A stretch of 64,000 bases of DNA, from assembly GCA_905479685.1 (NCBI GenBank), contig CAJQNJ010000006.1, forward strand, positions 20,111 to 84,110, read 5' to 3'. Below are positions 35,475 to 44,398 of this stretch, piece after piece (position 1 is the first letter of the stretch; the number at the start of each line of letters is the position of its first letter). Under the pieces are notes generated by a model. That model was given only the letters and a program-made list of their open reading frames with translations, did no database searches and was not told the origin of the DNA. Both the position numbers and the translations under genes were made by a program. The DNA is from an uncultured Acidimicrobiales bacterium. GTDB taxonomy: Bacteria; Actinomycetota; Acidimicrobiia; Acidimicrobiales; SHLQ01.

Positions 35475-37808
35475 ATGGCGATCGTCGAGGTGTCGGACCT
35501 GAGAGCGACCCCGGTCGATGATCTCAACCAATTCGACGACCTCATCGACATGCTGAGCGCTGACGGACGTCTCGCCCACGTCGAGCATCAACGCGCTCGA
35601 CCTGCTCGGTACGCCAATTCGATCGCACCCATGAGCCCCGGAGTCCTTCTAGCGCTCGGCAGCGAAAGGCTCTGGACGCACCAGGCCGAAGCAATCGATC
35701 TCGTGCACGCCGGTCATTCGGTTGTCGTCGCGACCGGCACGGCGTCTGGAAAGTCCCGCTGTTATCAGATACCGATCGCTGAGTCTGCCGCACGACTGGG
35801 CAACACCGGGACCGCATTGCTGATCTTTCCGACGAAGGCCCTGGCCCAAGATCAGCTTCGTTCGTTCCACTCCCACGGCTTCCCCGAGGTCGTGGCGGGC
35901 ACCTACGACGGAGATTCGACCCCTGAACAACGAAGCTGGGTTCGTTCGACCGCCAACGTGGTCCTCACGAATCCAGAGATGCTTCATGCTGGGATCCTCC
36001 CCGGCCACGCTCGATGGGCGACGTTTCTCAGCCGCCTCGATCATGTCGTGATCGACGAGCTCCACATTCTCCGTGGTGTCTTTGGCACGCATGTGTCGCA
36101 CGTCCTTCGTCGCCTCCGACGGCTCTGCCACCACTACGGGTCAGACCCCAAGTTCATCTTCACCTCCGCCACGATCGGCGAACCTGCAACTTTGGCGACC
36201 CAATTGTGCGGTGTGCCGGTCACCGAGGTGAACAACGACGGATCACCCCGAGGCGAACGCACTATCGTCATGCTCAACCCCCCGATCGTCGATGAGGCCC
36301 AGGGTCTGCGCACCTCCGCGAACGCCGAATCGTCGAGTGTCGGCGCGGAGCTGATCAAGCGCGGACACCGCACCATCGTGTTCTGCCGTAGTCGGCGCGG
36401 TACCGAGCTCGTCACTGGCGACATCGCTCGGAGGCTTCCCGCCGATGCATCCAACAGCGTTCGGGCCTATCGAGCCGGATATCTCGCAGCAGAGCGCCGC
36501 ACGATCGAGCACGAGTTGTTCGAAGGAAGCCTGCGTGGTGTCGTTGCCACGTCGGCGCTCGAACTCGGGATTGACGTCGGTGGACTCGACGCTTGTGTGC
36601 TCAACGGCTTCCCCGGCACGGTCGCATCGATGTGGCAACAGATCGGGCGAGCCGGGCGTGGTCAGCAACGCTCGGCGGCCTTCTTGGTCGCTGGCGATGA
36701 CCAACTCGATCAATGGATCATGTCGCACCCAACCGAATTGTTGAACCGACAACCCGAGCGCGCGGTCATCAACCCCACGAACCCGTTCATCCTCGGACCC
36801 CACCTCGCGTGCGCAGCGTTTGAGAAGCCCATATCTCACGATGACGATCAGTACTGGGGCGACGCGCTCGACGATGGCATCAGAGATCTCGTCCTCGACG
36901 ACCGCATCCTCCTCAAACCCTCCGGGGTGGGATCACCCCTCGCGGTCTATGCGGGTCAAGGACGTCCCACTCGAGCCATCGGCCTTCGCTCGGGCAGCGC
37001 TGACGAACTTCAAATCGTTCGAAAGGATGGCTCGATCGTCGGCACGGTCGACTCGTCACGTGCATGCGCAGTCGTACATCCGGGTGCCATCTATCTGCAC
37101 CAGGGCAAGCCGTATCAAGTCGCACGTCTCGATCTCGACGATCGAGTCGCCACGGTCGAGAACGCTGACGGCGAGCACTACACACAAGCCCGCACGAAGG
37201 TCGACATCTCCGTTGTACGCGCGGACGAACGCACCATGTGGGGCGGGGGTGCGTCCGGCGTCGAGGTATGTGTGGGCGAGGTCGAAGTCGTCAGCCAGGT
37301 CACCGGCTACCAGCGTCGCGAAGTTCGTAGCAGGCGTATTCTCGCAAACGAAGTACTCGACCTTCCACCGTCGACACTTCGAACGAGAGCGTTCTGGTAC
37401 GTGATTCCCGTCGACCAGATTGAGCGTGCAGGCCTCGATGCCAGCCAGGTACCTGGCGCCCTGCACGCCGCCGAACATGCCGGCATCGGCATGCTTCCCC
37501 TTTTCACCATCTGTGACCGCTGGGACGTGGGCGGTGTCTCGACACCGTGGCATGCAGGTGCCGGTGGTCCCACGATCTTCATCTATGACGCACACCCCGG
37601 CGGATCTGGGATCGCCGAACTCGGCTTCCAGGAACAAGACCGGCATTTGCGCGCGACTCGAGACGCAATGGCGACATGTGGGTGCAGCGACGGTTGTCCC
37701 TCCTGCGTGCAATCACCCAAGTGCGGCAACGGTAATGAGCCGCTCGACAAACACGGGGCTGTTGCTCTGCTCGATCAGATCCTCGGCGTGTCAGACGTAG
37801 ACGTCTGA
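35475..37808 (+). CDS. DEAD/DEAH-box helicase with a C-terminal DUF1998 zinc-ribbon domain (MrfA/YprA-like)
   Basis: TGTASGKS (motif I), VIDELH (motif II), and the C-terminal CGCSDGCPSCVQSPKCGNGNEPLDK. I chose the ATG at 35475; the longest ORF starts at 35307. Confidence 0.9.
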   Translation: MAIVEVSDLRATPVDDLNQFDDLIDMLSADGRLAHVEHQRARPARYANSIAPMSPGVLLALGSERLWTHQAEAIDLVHAGHSVVVATGTASGKSRCYQIPIAESAARLGNTGTALLIFPTKALAQDQLRSFHSHGFPEVVAGTYDGDSTPEQRSWVRSTANVVLTNPEMLHAGILPGHARWATFLSRLDHVVIDELHILRGVFGTHVSHVLRRLRRLCHHYGSDPKFIFTSATIGEPATLATQLCGVPVTEVNNDGSPRGERTIVMLNPPIVDEAQGLRTSANAESSSVGAELIKRGHRTIVFCRSRRGTELVTGDIARRLPADASNSVRAYRAGYLAAERRTIEHELFEGSLRGVVATSALELGIDVGGLDACVLNGFPGTVASMWQQIGRAGRGQQRSAAFLVAGDDQLDQWIMSHPTELLNRQPERAVINPTNPFILGPHLACAAFEKPISHDDDQYWGDALDDGIRDLVLDDRILLKPSGVGSPLAVYAGQGRPTRAIGLRSGSADELQIVRKDGSIVGTVDSSRACAVVHPGAIYLHQGKPYQVARLDLDDRVATVENADGEHYTQARTKVDISVVRADERTMWGGGASGVEVCVGEVEVVSQVTGYQRREVRSRRILANEVLDLPPSTLRTRAFWYVIPVDQIERAGLDASQVPGALHAAEHAGIGMLPLFTICDRWDVGGVSTPWHAGAGGPTIFIYDAHPGGSGIAELGFQEQDRHLRATRDAMATCGCSDGCPSCVQSPKCGNGNEPLDKHGAVALLDQILGVSDVDV

Positions 37809-37891
37809 GGCATCAGCGAAAGCATCGAGGAACCGAAGCGCGTAGCGTCATCTGAGCGCGATCCTTGCGGCGTTCGACGATATCGACTCGC

Positions 37892-39538
37892 CTAGTTCGG
37901 AACGGTGACCGTGACCGTGGCCCGCTCACAGCGGCCATTCGTGTCACAGATCTGGTAGACGATGATGTCGACGACGTCTTGCACATCCCGCCTGTATTGG
38001 ATGTGGTTGGAGCGCACGGCGTAATCGGTGGCATAGCGCGGCGCAACGATGATCTCGAGCGTGGCTTCGTCGATTGGATGCTCGCCTGGAGCATCGTTAT
38101 CGAGGACGTCTATCTGGTTGACTCCGGCGTTTGTGATCGTGATCGCGTCATCGTTTGCGTCGGGACCACCCCGCGGCGGTGCACTGGTTGTGGTCGTCGG
38201 TGACGGCCCTGCCGTGGTCGCTGCCGTCGTCGTTGATGACGGCCCTGATGTTGTGACCGCGCTTGACGCTGCCGTCGTCGTCGGAACCGGCCCAGCAGCA
38301 GTCGTCGTCGGTGACGGATCCGTGTTGGGAACGGCCGCCGCAGGCTGCGGCACAACGGGCGCCAGGCCCGTCTCCTCAACGACAACCTCTTCGGCCGCAG
38401 GACCTGAGTCGTCGAACGCAAGAGCCTGAGGAGCCTCGACACTGCCGGCGGCGGCAAGCGACGCAGCAGATACCGACACAGCCATCGCCACCGTGGCCAT
38501 TGCGGAGCCGACCGTCGGGCTCGCTGTGGCTACCGAACTCGTCACGCGCATCAGCGTGGGAAGTTCGAGCAACCAACCGAGGAATCCCGCGGAACGACCA
38601 TCCTCGAGTCCAATTCGGAGGAAGGCCTTGACCACAGCGGGATCGAACTGTGTTCCGGCGCAGCGATAGAGCTCCTCTCGCGCGGCACTCGGTGACATCG
38701 GCTCCTTGTAGCTTCGCTTGGACGTGATGACGTCGTAGGTGTCCGCGACCGCCGCGATTCGGCCACCAAGGCTGATCTCAGTTGCCTCGAGTTGAGCGGG
38801 GTATCCACCGCCGTCCCAGCGTTCGTGATGGTGCAGTGCGACAAAACCCCACTCGCCAAGCCAACCATGAAGGGGCTCGAGGATCTTCTGCCCCTCGACT
38901 GGATGCTGTTTGAGAATACGCCACTGCTCTTCTGTAGGCGCTTCCTTACTGTTGAGAATGTGGGCCGGAACTGTCAGCTTGCCAACGTCATGGAGCAACA
39001 TTCCCCAGCGAAGTCGATTCAGCTCATCGTCGGTCAGGCCCATTTCCTGACCGATGAGCTCGGCGTATGTTCGGACTCGTTCTGTGTGTCCACGAGTCCG
39101 GGGCTCATGTGCTCCGAGGGCTGCGACCAACGCCATTGCTTGCTCGGCTGCCTCTTGGGTGTCGTTACTCAATGTCAATTGCTCGGGCGTCAACTTCTTG
39201 ATGTTTCCGGCTCGCAACGTGACACCAAATCGAGACGGGGCATGGTCGGGGAACACCATCGTCATGTTGAGAAGCGCCGACATGGGAGCGAGTCTGTTGG
39301 CGACGGTCTTGGTGCTGTGCGCGGCGACCGACGCAACAACGATCGCTTGCACGATCCAGAACCCAGTACCGATCCACCCCTCGGGTCGATAGAAGATCGG
39401 GGCGATAATACGAACCGCCAACCAGCCAATGATGATCGGCGAAACAAACAAGAGCAGGCGTACCAGCTTGGCGAGCACGGGACGTGAGGCCCATGCCGAC
39501 AAGCTCTCGCTTGCGCCAGTAGTAGGTCCCGTAATCAC
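37892..39538 (-). CDS. membrane HD-GYP domain protein with a Pro/Thr-rich linker and a C-terminal cadherin-like (VCBS/Ig-like) domain
   Basis: Two N-terminal TM helices. HDVGK ... HHERWDGGGYP (HD-GYP). A third Ala/Val-rich hydrophobic segment, then a P/T linker. The C-terminus ANDDAITITNAGVNQIDVLDNDAPG ... ATVTVTVPN looks cadherin-like. Confidence 0.85.
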   Translation of the reverse strand: MITGPTTGASESLSAWASRPVLAKLVRLLLFVSPIIIGWLAVRIIAPIFYRPEGWIGTGFWIVQAIVVASVAAHSTKTVANRLAPMSALLNMTMVFPDHAPSRFGVTLRAGNIKKLTPEQLTLSNDTQEAAEQAMALVAALGAHEPRTRGHTERVRTYAELIGQEMGLTDDELNRLRWGMLLHDVGKLTVPAHILNSKEAPTEEQWRILKQHPVEGQKILEPLHGWLGEWGFVALHHHERWDGGGYPAQLEATEISLGGRIAAVADTYDVITSKRSYKEPMSPSAAREELYRCAGTQFDPAVVKAFLRIGLEDGRSAGFLGWLLELPTLMRVTSSVATASPTVGSAMATVAMAVSVSAASLAAAGSVEAPQALAFDDSGPAAEEVVVEETGLAPVVPQPAAAVPNTDPSPTTTAAGPVPTTTAASSAVTTSGPSSTTTAATTAGPSPTTTTSAPPRGGPDANDDAITITNAGVNQIDVLDNDAPGEHPIDEATLEIIVAPRYATDYAVRSNHIQYRRDVQDVVDIIVYQICDTNGRCERATVTVTVPN

Positions 39539-39590
39539 TACTTCTTATATCGACTGTCGAAATTGAGCAGTTGCTGGGCCGAATGGACCG

Positions 39591-39959
39591 TCAAGAACGT
39601 TCGATGATGTCTTCCCTTCGCATGTGAGCCTCCGCTGATAGCACCCGTTCGCCCACTCCGATCCACGGCACGCCATCGACGGTTCGAGTGACTCTCACCA
39701 CGACGAATTCTGGATCGAGTTCTGTTGAGACATCCAACTCGCCTGCCACTCTCGACACTGCCGTCGATGCCACTGCCATGGCGTTCTCGGGCTCGACAGC
39801 GGCTGCACGTACACCTTCTCGCGCGGCATGTTCGAGTTGAAGTTGCAGGGCGATCACCTGCCCCACCCACACGATCCCGGCAATACAGATGACGAGCAGC
39901 GGGAGGATCAGCGCGAACTCGACCGTGGCTTGCCCTCGATCCTCCCGACCGCCGCACAT
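39591..39959 (-). CDS. tadE: TadE-like pilus assembly (pseudopilin) protein
   Basis: GQATVEFALILPLLVICIAGIV is a TadE N-terminal motif. Its start overlaps the flp stop (TGATG). Confidence 0.75.
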   Translation of the reverse strand: MCGGREDRGQATVEFALILPLLVICIAGIVWVGQVIALQLQLEHAAREGVRAAAVEPENAMAVASTAVSRVAGELDVSTELDPEFVVVRVTRTVDGVPWIGVGERVLSAEAHMRREDIIERS

Positions 39960-40195
39960 CAGACCTTGCCGATGATCGAGTCGACAACTGCGTCGAACAA
40001 TTCGCCGATCTTTCCAGTACCGGAAGCCCAGGACACGACGATCAATGCGATTGTCGCTGCCCCCAGAAGGAGCAGTGCGTACTCAGCCGTGGATTGCCCA
40101 CGCTCGTCTCTCCGGTTCGTGAACACGATTGCCGTTCCGAGGAGCTCGTCGAGCCGATGAATGCACTTCAGGATGGATCTGGTTGCCATGTACAT
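39959..40195 (-). CDS. flp: Flp-type pilin (actinobacterial DUF4244-like)
   Basis: GQSTAEYALLLLGAATIALIVV matches the Flp G/xxxxEY motif plus a hydrophobic helix. AAGGAA lies upstream of the ATG. Confidence 0.65.
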   Translation of the reverse strand: MYMATRSILKCIHRLDELLGTAIVFTNRRDERGQSTAEYALLLLGAATIALIVVSWASGTGKIGELFDAVVDSIIGKV

Positions 40196-40259
40196 GACAT
40201 GTTCCTTTCAAGTTGTTGAGGGCGAGAGCTCGCCGATAAGAACTGTTGGCGTTGTTGAT

Positions 40260-40769
40260 TCAGCCCGGGAGTGAACTGAGCGCTCCCAGGAGGAGGGGGA
40301 CCACGGCGAGCAGAATGAAGGCTGGCAAGATGCACAACACCAGCGGAAAGAGGAGCGACACAGTGAGCCGCTGTGCTGCTGCATCGAGAGACACTGCACG
40401 TTCGCGTCGCAGGTCCCGGACGAGAAGCTCGAGATGTAGAGCGAGCTCGACACCATCGAGTTCCGCCCGACGAAGCACATCGAGCACCCGGACGAATCCT
40501 GTCGATGAATTTTCGGGCTCGAGGCGGATGATCGCCGACGACAGGTCGGCCCCCAGTCCGAGTCTCCCTCCGATGGCTGCGAAGTCATCGGACGCAGTGC
40601 CGAGCGCTCCCCGATCGATCGGGAGACCACCGACAACTTCAATCGCTCGCCGTGGACCGAGCCCTGCGGCGGTCGCAATCTGCAGCAGCAATACAGCGCT
40701 CGGAAGCCCACGAACACGGCGCTCGAGGCGGCGACGGTCGTTCCGACGACGGGACAAGGTCCCGATCAT
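40260..40769 (-). CDS. tadC: type II secretion system F-family membrane protein (TadC)
   Basis: T2SSF-like helices. The ATG at 40769 gives an ATGA overlap with the tadB stop; the longest ORF extends to 40799. Confidence 0.75.
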   Translation of the reverse strand: MIGTLSRRRNDRRRLERRVRGLPSAVLLLQIATAAGLGPRRAIEVVGGLPIDRGALGTASDDFAAIGGRLGLGADLSSAIIRLEPENSSTGFVRVLDVLRRAELDGVELALHLELLVRDLRRERAVSLDAAAQRLTVSLLFPLVLCILPAFILLAVVPLLLGALSSLPG

Positions 40770-41587
40770 CGGAGCCGCCGCATTGCTGCCCGCATCCACA
40801 GCAGGCCGGCTGCGTCGAGGGTGAGACCACCAGCGAGAAGAACAAGGCCGAGCGGGCCCTCGTAGATGACTTCGCCGCGCACCAATGATGCCGCTGCCGA
40901 GAAGCCAACGGGTAACGACACAAGTACGAGCGCGGACATGGTCGTCTGCATGAGCAGCACTCGACGGCGCTCCGCGAGCTCCAGATCATCTCGTATTCCT
41001 TCCCCAACCATGTCCAGGGTGCGAGCAAGGTCACCTCCGTGTTCCACTCCGATCACGAGGGCTGCGACCAGAAGCAGTTCGGCACTCGAAGATGCTGTAT
41101 GCCCCCAGCCGTCGAGCGCATCGGATATTGGTCTCCCACGCTCGACCTGATTCACCATCACGACGAACCCTTCGGGGAGTGGAGTCATCTCCGATGCCAC
41201 GGTTCGGATTGCCCGGTCGATCGGCTGCCCCGAGCGGACATCCCTCGACAGACGGAGCGTCAGTTCGGGAAGCGCGGCCTGCGACCGCTCACGTGTCCTC
41301 GTGCGAGCGACGCGGTCGCCGATCGACAGTGAGATGGCGAGACTGGCGATCGCCATGGCAACACCGATGATCCCACCGAGATGTGCGCCGAGGGACACCA
41401 CCGACCCGGCCACCCCCAGGAAGAGCGCCGAAGGCGACCATTCGAGATCGACACCAGCTTCCTGCATTCGGGTTCGCACGTAGTCGTCGACGCGGTGTCG
41501 TTTGGCGATGTCGTTGGGGTCGCTGCGGTTGCGCGCGATGTGTTGCGCAGTCGACTTCTGATCCGCCGCGATTCTCGAGGGAATCAT
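40766..41587 (-). CDS. tadB: type II secretion system F-family membrane protein (TadB)
   Basis: T2SSF-like. The ATG at 41587 gives an ATGA overlap with the tadA stop; the longest ORF extends to 41629. Confidence 0.75.
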   Translation of the reverse strand: MIPSRIAADQKSTAQHIARNRSDPNDIAKRHRVDDYVRTRMQEAGVDLEWSPSALFLGVAGSVVSLGAHLGGIIGVAMAIASLAISLSIGDRVARTRTRERSQAALPELTLRLSRDVRSGQPIDRAIRTVASEMTPLPEGFVVMVNQVERGRPISDALDGWGHTASSSAELLLVAALVIGVEHGGDLARTLDMVGEGIRDDLELAERRRVLLMQTTMSALVLVSLPVGFSAAASLVRGEVIYEGPLGLVLLAGGLTLDAAGLLWMRAAMRRLR

Positions 41588-42708
41588 GATCGGGAAACCT
41601 CGGCGCCGAATACCGTGTCGAGGCTCCATCCACTGGTGGGCCGATCCGGGACGTTGGCGATCTCGACGACCTGACGGCTGCCCTCGCTTGCTCTGCCCAT
41701 CATCACAACCATGTCGATGCAGGACGCCAGCTGCTCCCGAATTGCTGCGAGCGGCAGATCTGCATCGCCGAGCAACATCAACGTCTCGATCCTGCGCATG
41801 GCGTCCGAAGGGCTGTTGGCATGGATCGTTGACAGCGATCCCCGATGGCCGGTGTTCATCGCCTGAACCAGATCGAGAGCTTCGGCGCCCCGCATCTCGC
41901 CACAGATGATCCGATCTGGACGCATCCGAAGCGCGTGGCGAGCAAGTTCACGAAGACCCACAGCTGCAGTCCCCTCTGTTGCGTTTCTGGTCTCTAGTCG
42001 CACGACATGGCGACCTGGGAGCCGGAGCTCCGCGGCATCCTCGATCGTCACGATTCGGGTGTCGGGTTCGATCTCTGCGCCGAGAGCGTTCAGCATCGTC
42101 GTCTTGCCCGACGATGTCGCACCGGCGATGATGATCGTCTTGCCATCTCTGATCGCCGCACGGAGATGGCTACACATCTCCGGTGGCGCCATCTCGTTGA
42201 TCGCAATCACCTGCGCCGCAAATCGCCTGATCGTGATGCACGGACCGTCAACGGCCAACGGTGGGATGATGGCATGAAGCCTGGAACCATCGGCAAGCCT
42301 GACATCCACACTCGGATGCGTGAGATCCACGCGTCTTCCAACGCTGGCTGCCAGACGTCGCACCAGGTGTTCCACTTCACCGGCTTCGAGATGTTGATCG
42401 GTCCGTTCGAGCGCACCTCGGCGTTCGACCCAAACCGTGCCGTCACCATTCACCATGATCTCGGTGACAGTCGAATCGAAGGTATGTCGTTGTAGAGCAC
42501 CGAGGCCATCGATGCGGGCGCGGACCTCGACGCTGAGCTCCTCGATGCGCACATCGGACGCCAGCGGCTCGGATGCGGCGATCAGCTCACGAATCCTCCG
42601 ATCGATGCGTTCGTCGCCAGCGGTCGGAACCGACGCATCAGATTCATCCCACAGCGATTGGTGAACGAGATCGATCGTGCCCTGATCGTCCGATGTCGGC
42701 ATCATCAT
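41584..42708 (-). CDS. tadA: Tad pilus secretion ATPase (CpaF/TadA, VirB11-like)
   Basis: IIAGATSSGKTTMLNAL Walker A, VTIEDAAEL, and the GHRGSLSTIHANS His box. Confidence 0.9.
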   Translation of the reverse strand: MMMPTSDDQGTIDLVHQSLWDESDASVPTAGDERIDRRIRELIAASEPLASDVRIEELSVEVRARIDGLGALQRHTFDSTVTEIMVNGDGTVWVERRGALERTDQHLEAGEVEHLVRRLAASVGRRVDLTHPSVDVRLADGSRLHAIIPPLAVDGPCITIRRFAAQVIAINEMAPPEMCSHLRAAIRDGKTIIIAGATSSGKTTMLNALGAEIEPDTRIVTIEDAAELRLPGRHVVRLETRNATEGTAAVGLRELARHALRMRPDRIICGEMRGAEALDLVQAMNTGHRGSLSTIHANSPSDAMRRIETLMLLGDADLPLAAIREQLASCIDMVVMMGRASEGSRQVVEIANVPDRPTSGWSLDTVFGAEVSRS

Positions 42709-43427
42709 CGCCCTCCGAGAAGGTTCCCGATGGACCTGGCTTCGTGCCTGTCCAATGGCAGACCGATCTCGAGGTCTGTGACGAGACGCCGCAGCGATCG
42801 AGGAAGTCGGCGGCGCATCAAGCCGGCATCGACAGCACGGGCGATCTGGGGATCGAACGGCAGCCGAGCCGTCACCGGCTGACCGAGGACAGCCTCGATG
42901 TCAACGGTCGTCAACGCTCGTCCCCCTTCGACGATCTCGACGACATCGTCGACGACCATGGGTATCGACCGAGCGCGCCTCAGGGCCAGGTAGCAGGCGC
43001 GTACGACCAGCGTGGTTCGGTCTCCCGCAGCGGCGATCAAGGACGTGGAGGCCAGCGGGTCGGGATTGACGACGCCGAGATCAGCAATGACCGTTCCTCC
43101 GGCACTCAGAGATCGCACCAACTCGGTACAGCGCTGCGGATCCGCTCCACCGACGAATGAGGTGGTGCCGGTTGAAATGATTCGAAGGGTTCGCCCTACA
43201 TCAACCGCAAGATGGCCGAGCGCGCTCACTGCGACGCTCTCGTCGGCAAGCAGCCAATCCACGACACCAGGCGTCGCCGGCTCCGCACCGAGACCAAAGA
43301 TGTCCATCTGATCTCCGGCAAAGTCGACGATGGTCACCGGCTGCTCGATCGAGAGCTGACACGCCACAGCTGCAACGACGACAGAAAGCCCAACGCCGCC
43401 CTTGGGCGCAACAAAAGTCCAGAACAT
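42705..43427 (-). CDS. CpaE/TadZ-like ParA/MinD-fold protein (Ssd-like)
   Basis: Degenerate deviant Walker A (APKGGVGLSV). Positioned immediately upstream of and overlapping tadA, as in actinobacterial tad loci. Confidence 0.7.
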   Translation of the reverse strand: MFWTFVAPKGGVGLSVVVAAVACQLSIEQPVTIVDFAGDQMDIFGLGAEPATPGVVDWLLADESVAVSALGHLAVDVGRTLRIISTGTTSFVGGADPQRCTELVRSLSAGGTVIADLGVVNPDPLASTSLIAAAGDRTTLVVRACYLALRRARSIPMVVDDVVEIVEGGRALTTVDIEAVLGQPVTARLPFDPQIARAVDAGLMRRRLPRSLRRLVTDLEIGLPLDRHEARSIGNLLGGR

Positions 43428-43572
43428 GATGCTCCGTGCGCATCAGCGCACCACAAGACAACTGGGGAAGTGTCGGGGTCGCCATGGCGACGAGAGGGTC
43501 ATCGGAGGACCAAGGTCTACTTTGGCACGCGGCGAGCCCTCGGCGCAACGCCGCCGCTCTAGGCTTGCCCGT

Positions 43573-44382
43573 ATGGGCGATCAAACGGTAGTCCCTGCGC
43601 GTAACGCGGCGGCCTTTTTCGATCTCGACAAGACCACGATTGCGACCGCGTCCATGTTTGCGTTCGGCTCCACGCTCCGCAACGCCGGCTTCATCAACTC
43701 GCGTCTGATCATGCGCGCGGTGTGGGGACGCCTCGTATTCAAATACCTCGGCGCCGATCACGAACGTATGGAGGACATGCGCAACAGTGCGCTTCGCCTC
43801 TGCAAAGGCTGGGATCAAAAGGAGGTCTCCGCGCTGGTGACCGACGCGTTGGAAGAGGTGATCGAACCGATCGTCTATCGCGAGGCGATGGAGGAGATGG
43901 CAGCACACCGCGCCGCCGGCCACAAAATCTTCGTTGTCTCGGCTTCTCCCGAGGAGATCGTGGTTCCGCTCTCCAAGTATCTGGGCGCGGATGGCGCCGT
44001 TGCGACCATCGCCGAGACGAACCGAGAGGGCAAGTACACCGGAGAGGTCGAATTCTACTCCTATGGTCCCTTCAAGGTCGATGGGATCGAGGCGTTGGCT
44101 CTCGAGCACGATCTAGACCTCGACCACTCGTATGCATACACCGACTCGATCACCGACCTCCCGATGCTCGAAGCGGTTGGGCACCCAATCGTCGTGAACC
44201 CCGACAAGGCCCTGGCCCAGATCGCCGCCGACCGCGGTTGGGAGATCCGGTGGTTCTCGAACACGGTTCCACTTCGCCAACGCGTCGGCGAACATGCCAT
44301 GACCGGCGCTCTGGTCGCTGGGGTCGGGGCGGTCGCTGGGGGAGCAAGTTGGTACGTGCGTTCGCGTCGCCGAACCGCCTGA
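43573..44382 (+). CDS. HAD-IB family hydrolase (SerB-like) with a C-terminal membrane segment
   Basis: FFDLDKTTI (DxDxT) and YTDSITDLPML. I chose the ATG at 43573; the longest ORF starts at 43402. Confidence 0.8.
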   Translation: MGDQTVVPARNAAAFFDLDKTTIATASMFAFGSTLRNAGFINSRLIMRAVWGRLVFKYLGADHERMEDMRNSALRLCKGWDQKEVSALVTDALEEVIEPIVYREAMEEMAAHRAAGHKIFVVSASPEEIVVPLSKYLGADGAVATIAETNREGKYTGEVEFYSYGPFKVDGIEALALEHDLDLDHSYAYTDSITDLPMLEAVGHPIVVNPDKALAQIAADRGWEIRWFSNTVPLRQRVGEHAMTGALVAGVGAVAGGASWYVRSRRRTA

Positions 44383-44398
44383 CCAACACCGAAGGGCC

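Noticed and set aside
35475-37808. Reading the DUF1998 helicase (and the SNF2 helicase at 201-3611) as parts of an anti-phage defence system (DISARM/Druantia-like).
   Set aside because: No methyltransferase, PLD or other nuclease, or large unknown partner genes are adjacent. The DUF1998 helicase sits in the conserved topA-tad housekeeping neighbourhood. Composition is unremarkable.
39538-39987. 149-aa ORF overlapping the tadE-like gene in another frame.
   Set aside because: It is an Arg/Ser/Gly-rich translation without motifs. The alternative frame gives a textbook TadE N-terminus and a clean junction with flp.
44383-44398. Looked for an Ms1/6S-like sRNA next to the HAD hydrolase gene. From memory, mycobacteria encode one beside the Rv3661 homolog.
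   Set aside because: Only 16 nt separate the HAD gene stop from the convergent PQQ-dehydrogenase gene stop. There is no room for an sRNA.
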